In this document: positions 37,246-45,570 of the stretch, piece after piece
Position numbering within the stretch: position 1 is the first letter of the stretch
Layout: each line of letters starts with the position of its first letter
Source: Desulfurivibrio sp.
Lineage (GTDB): Bacteria > Desulfobacterota > Desulfobulbia > Desulfobulbales > SURF-16
Length of the DNA: 64,000 bases
Reading direction: 5' to 3'
Assembly (NCBI GenBank): GCA_003605035.1
Contig: QZKJ01000053.1
Span: 99,507 to 163,506, forward strand
Made by a program: the position numbers and the translations under genes
Notes under the pieces: generated by a model
Seen by the model: only the letters and a program-made list of their open reading frames with translations
The model's database searches: none
What the model was told of the DNA's origin: nothing

Positions 37246-38445
37246 ATGGCCGGCACACGATTCATAGTAGCGGGAAGCTTTATTGACGGCAGCGGCGCCC
37301 CTGTGCGCAGGAATGTCTTTCTGGCAGTGAAGGACGGCATGATTAGCGCCATTGGCTCCGCAGCAGACCTTAGCCGCCAGGACAGGTCCGCCATCGATGA
37401 CTTTTCGCACTGCACCATTTTGCCGGCGCTGGTTGACTGCAGCGTCTTCCTGTCGCGCTCGCCCGCCGTGGACAGCGGAATGGGGTCAGCCGTTGAAGAG
37501 GCCGGCCTTGCGCAAAAGGCAGCCATGCTGGCGCGGCATCTCCGTTACTGCCATATACACGGGGTGCTGGGAGTGGCCGAAAACGATGATATAGGCGACC
37601 TGCTGGAACGTTATCACGAGGGGAGGTGGCAGGGGAGCATGATTGACCTGCGAACCTCCGCCGGTCTTTGCCGGAGCCGGCAGGATTGCGCAGCCGGCAA
37701 CCCGGCAGGCGGCGCTTTTCTCAAGATCGCTTATTCCGGCAATATTGAGGACGGGCAAGCCCCGGGGCCTCGGCTCAGCTATGAAGACCTGTGCGGCATT
37801 CTGCGGCACAGAGGCGGCAAAAAAGCGGTCGTGGTGGCTAATGGCATGCAACAGGTGGGGGAGGCGCTGGCGGCCGGTTGTGATGCCATTGAACAGGGCT
37901 ACGCTATGGGCGAGGACAATCTCAGGAAAATGGCGGAGAAGGGCGTGCTGTGGATCCCCGGCATCCTGCGGGCAAAGAATGCATTGGACAGTGCGGGCAG
38001 CGGCGGGGATGTGTGCTGCCGATTCTCCCAGCGTTATGTGGCGCCGGGGAAGCCGGTTCCCGGCGCGGAGGCTTTTTGGAAAAAGATGCTCGCCGAACAA
38101 CTCGCGCAACTGCGTTTTGCCAGAAAAGTGGGGGTGACAACGGCAGTGGGAACAGGGGCCGGCAGTGTTGGCATACTCCATGGCGAGTCGGTGGTCGAGG
38201 AGATGAAATTGTTCATCAAGGCCGGCTATTTGCTTGCGGAGACCATCCGCTGCGCCTCGGAAAATGGCGCCAGATTCTTCGGAATGGAGAAGCTGGGAGC
38301 GCTTGCTGTCGGGCGGCACGCGATATTTCTGATTGCCAGGGGCACGGTGACGCAGCTGCCAAGAAAACTCTCCTACCTGGAAGGCATCTATGTCAACGGG
38401 GTGCCCAGCAGCATCTATCGTAAAAATCCTGTCAAGACGGCGTGA
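37246..38445 (+). CDS. amidohydrolase-superfamily protein
   Basis: The ORF-track frame 37000..38445 was trimmed to the ATG at 37246. About 399 aa, with a FIDGSG..V..G.I N-terminus and a C-terminal GxLxxGxxADxxxx pattern (GALAVGRHAIFLI) of metal-dependent amidohydrolases. Confidence 0.7.
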   Translation: MAGTRFIVAGSFIDGSGAPVRRNVFLAVKDGMISAIGSAADLSRQDRSAIDDFSHCTILPALVDCSVFLSRSPAVDSGMGSAVEEAGLAQKAAMLARHLRYCHIHGVLGVAENDDIGDLLERYHEGRWQGSMIDLRTSAGLCRSRQDCAAGNPAGGAFLKIAYSGNIEDGQAPGPRLSYEDLCGILRHRGGKKAVVVANGMQQVGEALAAGCDAIEQGYAMGEDNLRKMAEKGVLWIPGILRAKNALDSAGSGGDVCCRFSQRYVAPGKPVPGAEAFWKKMLAEQLAQLRFARKVGVTTAVGTGAGSVGILHGESVVEEMKLFIKAGYLLAETIRCASENGARFFGMEKLGALAVGRHAIFLIARGTVTQLPRKLSYLEGIYVNGVPSSIYRKNPVKTA

Positions 38446-38658
38446 CGGATCCCTTTGCCCCGCCGGCAGAAAATTCCCGCCCTGTCTTGGAATTCTGGAG
38501 CATGGCCCCATAAGCCGTTGCGCAGAAACAAGTTGAACTTTCAGTCAGGCAAGACGGCATACGGAGCCGTAAAGGCGAGGCAAATCGTACAAGTTATTTT
38601 CGCGCGGCAAGGGACTCGGATTACCGGAAATAGCAGGAGGGGGGCGCCCACCTTTTCT

Positions 38659-39819
38659 CTAGAATACAGACACGTAGAAGAGATATTCCTGGTATCTGAA
38701 AATAACGCCATCAGTTGAAATCTCAGCCACTTTGAGATCCGGAGCAAGCATCTGCCCTTCCCGCAATATTTTGCCGTTAATGCTTGCAAAGCGCGCGGCC
38801 GGTTTATCTTTGTAAAAGAGGTGCGCACTGATGTGAATGTCCGGCAGTTGCTCTCTTATAGCCTCGGGAAGCTGATCAATGTGCATGGCTTTTTTCGTTG
38901 AACCGGCTTCCGGCTCAAGGGGGCTGGAATCTGCCGTTTCGGAAAGACCGGAGCGCTGCGGCTGATCCTGCTCCGGTTTTTCGTCATATTCTTCAGGAGG
39001 AGTGGGCGCTGCCGGGGCTACGGACTCGTCGGCAATGGCCACATCTTCGCGGGGAGCGCTCTGGTTCGCCACTTCTGACCCGCTCACCCATGCATCCTCT
39101 GCCTGCGCATCTTCCCGCGGTTGCGGGCCTGCTGCTGTTGCCGCTGTTTCTCCAGGAGACATGGGTGCAGCTGCGGCGGGATCCAGCCGGGAGGCAGCAT
39201 CATCTTCCGCCATACTGGCCACAGTGCTGTTATCCTCTGCGTCGGCAGGTTCGGATTGGCGGGGCTCGCGGCTCGCAGGCGAGAGCCCCGGCGTTGCTTG
39301 CGGAGCGCTCTTGTTCGCCACCTCCGGCACGCTCTCCCCGGTATCCTCTGCCTGTGCCTCTTCCCGCGGTTGCGGCCCGGCTGCTGTTTCTCCAGAAGAC
39401 ATGGGTGCAGCTGCGGCGGGATCCTGCCGGGAGGCAGTATCATCTTCCGCCATGCCTGCCACCGTGCCTTCCTCCTCTGCTGCGGCGGGTTCGGATTGGC
39501 GGGGCGCGCGGCTCGCAGGCGAGGGTTCCGGCGGTGCTTGCGGAGCGACCGCCTGCTGTCTCTGCTGAACCGTTTCCTGTGACGCCTGATCAGAGCTGGG
39601 GACAATGGTCTGCTTTTCCGTGGCCGGCTGATTGCGGAGCATCACAAAAAAGAGGATGAAAATCATATTCACCAGCACAATCGCCGCCAAGGGGATGGGC
39701 CACGAGGCTTTTTTCCTTTTTGGCGGGGCAAGTTCGAGCTGGACGGTGTTCAGGTCAGGAACGCGCGTCTGCTGCCGCTGCTTATCCGACTTCTTAAGGG
39801 CGTCGAGAATATAGGACAT
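38659..39819 (-). CDS. GspB/ExeB-like protein with an internal ~80-aa tandem duplication
   Basis: 386-aa ORF. It has the N-terminus MSYILDALKKSDKQRQ, one TM helix, a repetitive acidic/Pro linker, and a C-terminal domain (FASINGKILREGQMLAPDLKVAEISTDGVIFRYQ). It is coupled to the ExeA-like gene with a 1-nt gap. Confidence 0.6.
   Translation of the reverse strand: MSYILDALKKSDKQRQQTRVPDLNTVQLELAPPKRKKASWPIPLAAIVLVNMIFILFFVMLRNQPATEKQTIVPSSDQASQETVQQRQQAVAPQAPPEPSPASRAPRQSEPAAAEEEGTVAGMAEDDTASRQDPAAAAPMSSGETAAGPQPREEAQAEDTGESVPEVANKSAPQATPGLSPASREPRQSEPADAEDNSTVASMAEDDAASRLDPAAAAPMSPGETAATAAGPQPREDAQAEDAWVSGSEVANQSAPREDVAIADESVAPAAPTPPEEYDEKPEQDQPQRSGLSETADSSPLEPEAGSTKKAMHIDQLPEAIREQLPDIHISAHLFYKDKPAARFASINGKILREGQMLAPDLKVAEISTDGVIFRYQEYLFYVSVF
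39046..39522 (-). repeat. in-frame tandem duplication (~240-249 bp x2) inside the GspB-like gene
   Basis: ATGGGTGCAGCTGCGGCGGGATCC recurs at 39161 and 39401, and CTTCCCGCGG at 39111 and 39360 (a 9-nt indel separates the offsets). The encoded ~80-aa units are SPASR.PRQSEPA.AE...TVA.MAEDD.ASR.DPAAAAPMS.GETAA..GPQPRE.AQAED. Confidence 0.85.
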
Positions 39820-39820
39820 G

Positions 39821-41731
39821 TTAATTCTCCTCGCTCATGGTGATTAATCTGGGCACTTTGCTGTCATATGCCGAATTAAGATGAATGATTGTCAGTGGGC
39901 CGACGATACCGTCCGGGACAAGGTTTCTCTCAAACTGGAACTGCTTTACCTGACTGACCAGAACGTCATCATAGCGGACAGGTGTCTTGTCGCTGGCTGG
40001 CCGTTTCTGGATAAGGGCAAGTTTCTTATCCAGCCACTCCACCCTGGCGGCATGATTTTCCGGTTTGATGGCCGCGACATATTCTTCCGGTTTTTCCCAC
40101 AACAGGCAATATTCGCCTTTCCAGTGTGTTTTTAAATCTTCGATGGAGACACGTTTGTGTTCAGTCCCGAAGGCCAACTCGACGGACTGGCCGTCGAAAG
40201 AGAGGATGGTTGCGTAAAAGCGTTCACCATGATTGTCATACAAGGTTAATATCGCAGGGCTATTGATCTCAAGAAGACTGTTGAAGCTGCCTTCTTGATA
40301 GAGGTATCGTAAGTTCTGTGCTTCAGCCATGGCATTGGCGGAAGCGAGATCTCTGGGAACATGAGCAATCCCCCAACTGGCTAAAAGTGCCTGGTAGGCC
40401 ATCACCTTGTTGGCGGCAGGGGGCACACCCTCAGGCCTCGTCAGTGGGGAAAGTGCCAGTGGCGGTGTGTTGTTGGCCGTGGCATCGGTTTCTTCTGCCA
40501 GGGCGCCCTCATCAGGGGCAGCACTGTGCTGAGAAACCATCTTGATGTCCTCAGCCGGTGGCGCCTCGCTCAGCTGAGGAACCACCTTGATCTCCTCAGC
40601 CAGTGGCTCCTCGCTCAGCCGGGGAACCACCTTGATCTCCTCAGCCAGTGGCTCCTCGCTCAGCCGGGCAACCGCCTTGATCTCCTCAGTCTGTGTTGCC
40701 TCCTGCGCCTGCCGGGGAGATGGAAGCGATGCTGTTGCCCTCCGTGCGACGTCTTCCTCCGGTTGGGTAATTTCGACCAGTCGCGCCATCAGGCCCTGCA
40801 CAGATAAAGGGTCTGGTCTTTGCTTAAGATAGGCTGCCGCCAATACGGAGCCGCCCAAGAGAAGAATAAGTCCTGCTACGATCATCCCTGATTTTTTCCC
40901 TCTTTGCGCCGGCCGGTCAGCGGTTTCGCCAAAAACTTCGCGCGCCGCCTTTTTAATGGTCGCGATGTCCACCACGTCCTGATCCTGCACGTACGCTCCA
41001 AGCAGCGACCTGTCGCAAATGATATTGAGCAGGCGCGGGGTGCCGTTGGTTAACTTGAAAAGGGTTTTAATGGTTGATTCCGGGAAGATTTTTCTGCGGC
41101 CGCCGTTTATTGCCAGTCGGTGGTCAATATAAGAGCCTACTTCGCTTTCGGAAAGCGGGGTAAGGTGATACCTGGCGGTGATCCGTTGCGCGAGCTGGCG
41201 CAAACCCGGCTGCTCCAGCATCTTGATAAGTTCCGGCTGGCCCAGCAGGATGATCTGCAGAAGTTTTCGCTTATTGGTTTCCAGGTTGGTAAGCAGGCGG
41301 ATCTGCTCAAGCACATCGGTGCTGAGATTCTGGGCTTCATCAATAATGAGCACAGCCTTCCTGCCGTTTGCATGGGAATGGAGCAGGAAGCTGTTTAGGT
41401 GATCAACATAAAATTTAATACTGTTTTGTTCTTTTTGGTGGTGGATGCCGAATTCATCGCAGATTGTCGCCAGCAGTTCTTCAACCGTGAGTTTGGGATT
41501 GAAAATAAAGGCTATGTCCGTATTTTCAGGAACCTGTTCGAGCAGACAGCGGCAGATGGTTGTTTTTCCCGTGCCCACTTCACCGGTGAGCATGACAAAG
41601 CCGCCATCAACCCGCATGCCATAGAAAAGATGCGCCAGGGCCTCCTTATGGCGTTCGCTCATATAGAGGCTGTGCGGGTCCGGGGCAATGGAAAAAGGAG
41701 CTGCGGTAAAACCAAAATGTTCTTGATACAT
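39821..41731 (-). CDS. ExeA/GspA-like AAA ATPase with a C-terminal peptidoglycan-binding domain
   Basis: 636-aa ORF, MYQEHFGFTAAPFSIAPDP, with Walker A GEVGTGKT and Walker B LIIDEAQ. It also has one TM helix, 15-aa repeats and a PG_binding_1-like end (QVKQFQFERNLVPDGIVGPLT). Confidence 0.85.
   Translation of the reverse strand: MYQEHFGFTAAPFSIAPDPHSLYMSERHKEALAHLFYGMRVDGGFVMLTGEVGTGKTTICRCLLEQVPENTDIAFIFNPKLTVEELLATICDEFGIHHQKEQNSIKFYVDHLNSFLLHSHANGRKAVLIIDEAQNLSTDVLEQIRLLTNLETNKRKLLQIILLGQPELIKMLEQPGLRQLAQRITARYHLTPLSESEVGSYIDHRLAINGGRRKIFPESTIKTLFKLTNGTPRLLNIICDRSLLGAYVQDQDVVDIATIKKAAREVFGETADRPAQRGKKSGMIVAGLILLLGGSVLAAAYLKQRPDPLSVQGLMARLVEITQPEEDVARRATASLPSPRQAQEATQTEEIKAVARLSEEPLAEEIKVVPRLSEEPLAEEIKVVPQLSEAPPAEDIKMVSQHSAAPDEGALAEETDATANNTPPLALSPLTRPEGVPPAANKVMAYQALLASWGIAHVPRDLASANAMAEAQNLRYLYQEGSFNSLLEINSPAILTLYDNHGERFYATILSFDGQSVELAFGTEHKRVSIEDLKTHWKGEYCLLWEKPEEYVAAIKPENHAARVEWLDKKLALIQKRPASDKTPVRYDDVLVSQVKQFQFERNLVPDGIVGPLTIIHLNSAYDSKVPRLITMSEEN
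40535..40689 (-). repeat. in-frame 45-bp tandem repeat (~3.4 copies) inside the ExeA-like gene
   Basis: Units start at 40535, 40580, 40625 and 40670 (AACCACCTTGATCTCCTCAGCCAGTGGCTCCTCGCTCAGCCGGGG). They encode EEIKVVPRLSEEPLA repeats. Confidence 0.9.
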
Positions 41732-41959
41732 ATGCGCTGTTCAACCAAAGGGGTTTTTATTGGAACTTACTCACTGGTGATGCTGGTTACTTTTAACTCT
41801 ATTAGAAGATGATAGGGAGATCGACCTGATATTTTTACAACAAGAACCCAAAGAGGATTTACCCCCCTTTGGTCCTGTTTCTTTTTCAGGAACCATTCTG
41901 GCCTTGACCATCCAGTAGCTACACTTCGGCATCGCCCAACCCCGTTAAGCCCAATGCGT

Positions 41960-42544
41960 TTAACGCAGTTCTTCCAGACGCAATAAACAACGATTGAGGC
42001 TTGGCGCATTCAGCCTAGCCCTTGTAGGCTCCCAGTCACCCTGAATAAATCGGCTGATCTCCGACGTATAAAGGCGTCCGACCTGTGCGGTTGAACCGGG
42101 GTTGGGAACAAGCCCTGCCCTGACGGAAGGATATCGTGATTGACGGGCCAGATTCACCAAGGTCTGCTTTGGATCTGGCTGCAATTCTGGCCTTTGCGGA
42201 ATCCTTCCAATCGCCACACTAAGAAAACCGGCCAGTCCTTCTCGATCAGCCATTATCCAGCTCTCCAATTCCCTGACCACCACTCGGAAGAGCATTCCCG
42301 GATGCCTACGCGGCAGAAAACGACTCACGACCTGCGGCGGGCATGTCAGGCCGGTATCCATAAAATCCAATAGTGTCAGGACAGGAATCGAAGATGACAG
42401 CCCATTAAAGTCCTTAACGTGCTTCTTTATCCAGACACAACCTTTTTTACCAAAACAGGTCGTAATCTGGTGTCCGGTTGCTGATGCCAGACGGTGGGTC
42501 ATTGCTTCATCGGTGGGGCCTTCCACCAAAGCGTAAAGAATCAT
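41960..42544 (-). CDS. small Toprim-like / DUF4276-like protein, partner of the upstream ABC ATPase
   Basis: 194-aa ORF starting 9 nt after the ATPase stop. Contains an N-terminal ALVEGPTDE (Toprim-type Glu), LLDFMD acidic residues, and RELESWIMAD. The DUF4276 assignment is from memory and needs an HMM check. Confidence 0.55.
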   Translation of the reverse strand: MILYALVEGPTDEAMTHRLASATGHQITTCFGKKGCVWIKKHVKDFNGLSSSIPVLTLLDFMDTGLTCPPQVVSRFLPRRHPGMLFRVVVRELESWIMADREGLAGFLSVAIGRIPQRPELQPDPKQTLVNLARQSRYPSVRAGLVPNPGSTAQVGRLYTSEISRFIQGDWEPTRARLNAPSLNRCLLRLEELR

Positions 42545-42553
42545 GTGTAGCTC

Positions 42554-43696
42554 TTAGAACAGCGATAGTTGGTGTGCCTTGGGTGGGGCGGAACGGGGAA
42601 GTAGTACATCCGCCACGGAAAGACCCTGTTTGAGCAGTTTGGTTTCATTTTCGTCGGGTGGCTGAAAGCGTGTTCCATCTTCACCTGGCTCGAGCCGCAC
42701 CACTTCTTCTCCCCCAATTCCCTTATCCGTAAGCATTTCCTCCGAATGGGTGCTCATAATGATCTGACGCCGGGTCTTTCGCAGTTTCTGTAACCGCTCA
42801 AACATCTGCGGTAGATGCCTGACCACTTCACTGTGAAGTGAAAGTTCCGGTTCTTCCAGAAGGAGGGGGCCGTTTCCTTCAAATACCGTCCACAGCAGTC
42901 CGAACAAGCGCAACGTGCCGTCCGAAAGCTGGCTTTCATTCTGAAATGCTCCCTGAGCACGCCAGTGATCATAGCGGCCATTGAGATGCGGCACGCCCTG
43001 TTTGTCATCCATGACGACTGCAAGCTCTTGAAGATGTGGAACCGCGACTTTCAGGGCACTCGAAATCCTTTTCAACCTGGCATTTCTTGTTTTTTGGGAC
43101 GTGTTCCACAGGCGCAGAAGAAAATCACGGCCAAAGGGGTCCTCATGGACCTGCACAGGAGAGAACCCTTTTGGGTCGCGCACTACCTGAGGAATGATGT
43201 GTTGGTAGGAGATAGTCTTAAAAAAATCGGCGATCTCACGAAATTCCCTGTTGGCGTTCACCTGCTCAAGGTCTGTCTGGGTCAGCCGCACCGGATCATC
43301 TTTGTCCTCCTGCCTTGGACGACTCAGGAGGTCAGGCCCTTTTTTTTTCAGGTCTGAGACACTTTCTTTCTTGACAATCGGACGTTGTCTGTTGTCCTGA
43401 TTGAATACAATACAATACAGCCAGGCATCAGCACCGGAATCGTCGGCGAGGGTCACTGCCACGTCTATATCCGAATAGCGACGGGCCGAAAGACAGCGCA
43501 AGGCGGAAACACCGCCGCGCCTGATGACCGCCGCTTCCAGACCGTCATTGGCCAAGTCGCGTAGAAAACGGAAGGCATCCAACAGATTCGATTTACCCGA
43601 GGCGTTGGGACCGATCAGAAAAGTCCGCCCAGAAAGGGCGGTAGCGGCGTCGCCGAAGTTTTTCCAGTTTCTGAGCCTGATATTAGTAATATACAT
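42554..43696 (-). CDS. compact ABC/SMC-like (AAA_21-type) ATPase
   Basis: 380-aa ORF with Walker A GPNASGKS, a signature-like LSDGTLR, Walker B LLLEEPE, D-loop SLH and H-loop STHS. Confidence 0.85.
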   Translation of the reverse strand: MYITNIRLRNWKNFGDAATALSGRTFLIGPNASGKSNLLDAFRFLRDLANDGLEAAVIRRGGVSALRCLSARRYSDIDVAVTLADDSGADAWLYCIVFNQDNRQRPIVKKESVSDLKKKGPDLLSRPRQEDKDDPVRLTQTDLEQVNANREFREIADFFKTISYQHIIPQVVRDPKGFSPVQVHEDPFGRDFLLRLWNTSQKTRNARLKRISSALKVAVPHLQELAVVMDDKQGVPHLNGRYDHWRAQGAFQNESQLSDGTLRLFGLLWTVFEGNGPLLLEEPELSLHSEVVRHLPQMFERLQKLRKTRRQIIMSTHSEEMLTDKGIGGEEVVRLEPGEDGTRFQPPDENETKLLKQGLSVADVLLPRSAPPKAHQLSLF

Positions 43697-43969
43697 CGTT
43701 CATTTTCTCCATGGCTGTTATCGAACGAGCAGCACTATACTGCGGTCATTATGTGGGCATGTATTGCGCAACCAGAGGGTCTTGAAATACTTTTTGCCGT
43801 TATTCACGAGTCACCATATTTCCACAAGTCATTAACCGGGAAAATATTGATTCGACACGTTACTTGCTGGTCTCGCTACCAATATGGATATCCATTGCAG
43901 CACATTTTCCGCTAGGCATGAACAGCTCATGCCTCGGCATACTAAAAATCTCATCCTAAAGCTGCCCCC

Positions 43970-44071
43970 TCACTGTTCGTGAAAACGACCTTTGAAGGCA
44001 TGCAGGAGCGGCAGCAAGGCAGGAATATCCTGTTCGATGATGTTCCACAGGATATCGTTGTCAATGCCATT
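43970..44071 (-). pseudogene. C-terminal remnant of a HEPN (DUF86) toxin gene
   Basis: My own translation of the minus strand just after the MNT stop gives NGIDNDILWNIIEQDIPALLPLLHAFKGRFHEQ*. This matches only the tail of DUF86 proteins. No start codon and no Rx4-6H motif remain. Confidence 0.55.
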
Positions 44072-44076
44072 CGCGT

Positions 44077-44427
44077 TCAGGCATTGACCGCCTCCTGTTC
44101 AATGAAAGGACGCAGCTCCGGGCGCAGGGCCTTTTCGGTCACCAGATCAACCGGGCAGCCAAGGGCGTCCTCCAGATAGAACTGCACGCCAAAATATCGC
44201 TGTGAGGTGGCTGGTCCATTGAACGACACGACGATATCCACGTCACTGCCAGGGTGGGCTGCGTCCTGTGCCATGGAACCGAACAAGGCCAGCCGGACAA
44301 CCCCGAAACGTCTTGCCAGTTCGGGTTTTGACCGAGCAAGCACCTGGAGCACCTCCTTTCGATTCATGATTGCACCCTCCTTTCCATTTCTTCTCACCGG
44401 AAAGTCTGGCACAAGTTGCGGACTCAC
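44077..44427 (-). CDS. MNT-type nucleotidyltransferase (antitoxin of MNT/HEPN pairs)
   Basis: 116-aa ORF with the minimal nucleotidyltransferase motif LFGSMAQD..GSDVDIVV. Confidence 0.85.
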   Translation of the reverse strand: MSPQLVPDFPVRRNGKEGAIMNRKEVLQVLARSKPELARRFGVVRLALFGSMAQDAAHPGSDVDIVVSFNGPATSQRYFGVQFYLEDALGCPVDLVTEKALRPELRPFIEQEAVNA

Positions 44428-44703
44428 ATCAATTTTCTGCGGTTAGTGTCTTTTATGCCCTATCTTATAGGGAAAAGCAGCGTCAACACGGTATTCGATG
44501 AAGTTCTCTCTCCAAGCAAATAAGCCGAGCCCGGCAAGTTGGGTTATCTTTCTCGGGCAAGCGTGCCTTCGCCTATTTTTGGGGCAAAACCGATTTTTTT
44601 CTTCCTGCAATCTGTTGTTAAAACGATACGGATTGAATCCGCAAGAAAAATCAATTTTCTCTTCTTTTATCCATTTTATCCGGCATCGGCATGCCGTAGC
44701 TGC

Positions 44704-44883
44704 TGCCGAATTGCCCTGGCCAAGCTGGAGCAGGGCAACCGGCGCGCCCCCATGGACGTCAACCCGGCCACGGCCCAGATGTATATCGTTAATCCCCTTT
44801 CCGGCGGCCAGCTCGCCGGTCTGTTCGCCACCCATCCGCCCATCCGGGAGCGCATTGACCGCCTGCTCTCCCGCCGTACTTGA
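44704..44883 (+). pseudogene. htpX: 5'-truncated htpX-like M48 protease (last ~59 codons only)
   Basis: The frame of ORF 44539..44883 ends in [41 protein letters not shown], the conserved HtpX C-terminus. The upstream part of the frame is nonsense and has no HExxH. Confidence 0.65.
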
Positions 44884-44936
44884 TCACAGGTTGCTAGCCC
44901 TGCCGGCACGGAGAAACCGGGGGGCGCGAACCGCCC

Positions 44937-45440
44937 CTACGGGGATTCCTTCAGCACAATGGCCCGGGAGGTAAAGGAAATGCCCTGCTGCATCTTGGTG
45001 CCGATCATCACGGTTTCCACCAGCGGGGCATTGACCGTTTTATCCGCCTGCCAGCGCACCAGGAATTTCGCTCCCAGTCCACCCTTGGTGTCCGACTCCT
45101 TCACAATGAACTGGGAGGAGGAGAAAGGGGCGAGGGTCACGGGCTTGTCCAGGAATTTCTTGACCAGCCTGCCATCGGCATCGTAATAGTCGACCTGGAT
45201 AAAGGTGATGGGAGACCCCTGGTCCGTGTTGCGCAGGCTGAGGATGGCGGTAAGGTAGAATTCATACCCCTCTGCCTTGTCTCCCCCATAGATGTGTGAA
45301 TAAACCGGGACATAGAGGAGCTGTCCCCTGGAAAGAATGCCCTCGCTGCCGGCCAGGCCCAGGCCTGCCGTGCCCAGGATCAGCATGAAAAGAAGAGCCG
45401 CCAGCAGAAGGTGTTGTCGTTTTCTCGGAATTTTCCCCAT
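44937..45440 (-). CDS. DUF3124-like secreted/lipoprotein-type protein
   Basis: 167-aa ORF with a signal-like N-terminus. LYVPVYSHIY...FLVRW match my recollection of DUF3124. Confidence 0.65.
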   Translation of the reverse strand: MGKIPRKRQHLLLAALLFMLILGTAGLGLAGSEGILSRGQLLYVPVYSHIYGGDKAEGYEFYLTAILSLRNTDQGSPITFIQVDYYDADGRLVKKFLDKPVTLAPFSSSQFIVKESDTKGGLGAKFLVRWQADKTVNAPLVETVMIGTKMQQGISFTSRAIVLKESP

Positions 45441-45570
45441 GGTTTTTCCTAACAGTTATGATATATGCCAGATGAATCGTGAAGATATCTTTACAATCTT
45501 TCATGGAAATCTTATCATTTTATTTTCTGAAAATCATTAAGCAATCCCGTAAATGAAGGAGTCTTTCTAA

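Noticed and set aside
40535-40689. Regularly spaced 45-bp repeats that superficially resemble a small CRISPR array.
   Set aside because: The units are directly adjacent with no spacers. They are in frame within the ExeA-like ORF and encode a 15-aa peptide repeat. No cas genes are present.
43979-44179. Plus-strand ORF 43979..44179 (66 aa), and ORFs 44443..44835 (minus strand) and 44498..44974 (plus strand) in the islet.
   Set aside because: They overlap the MNT gene, the HEPN remnant or the htpX remnant in other frames and have no motifs. The only meaningful reading in 44539..44883 is the C-terminal htpX-like segment.
44620-44645. GGATTGAATCC, a tRNA T-arm-like sequence near the islet boundary that might be a tRNA or att-site remnant.
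   Set aside because: Only a 3-bp stem is possible. There is no acceptor, anticodon or D arm and no CCA context, and I found no matching direct repeat at the other islet edge.
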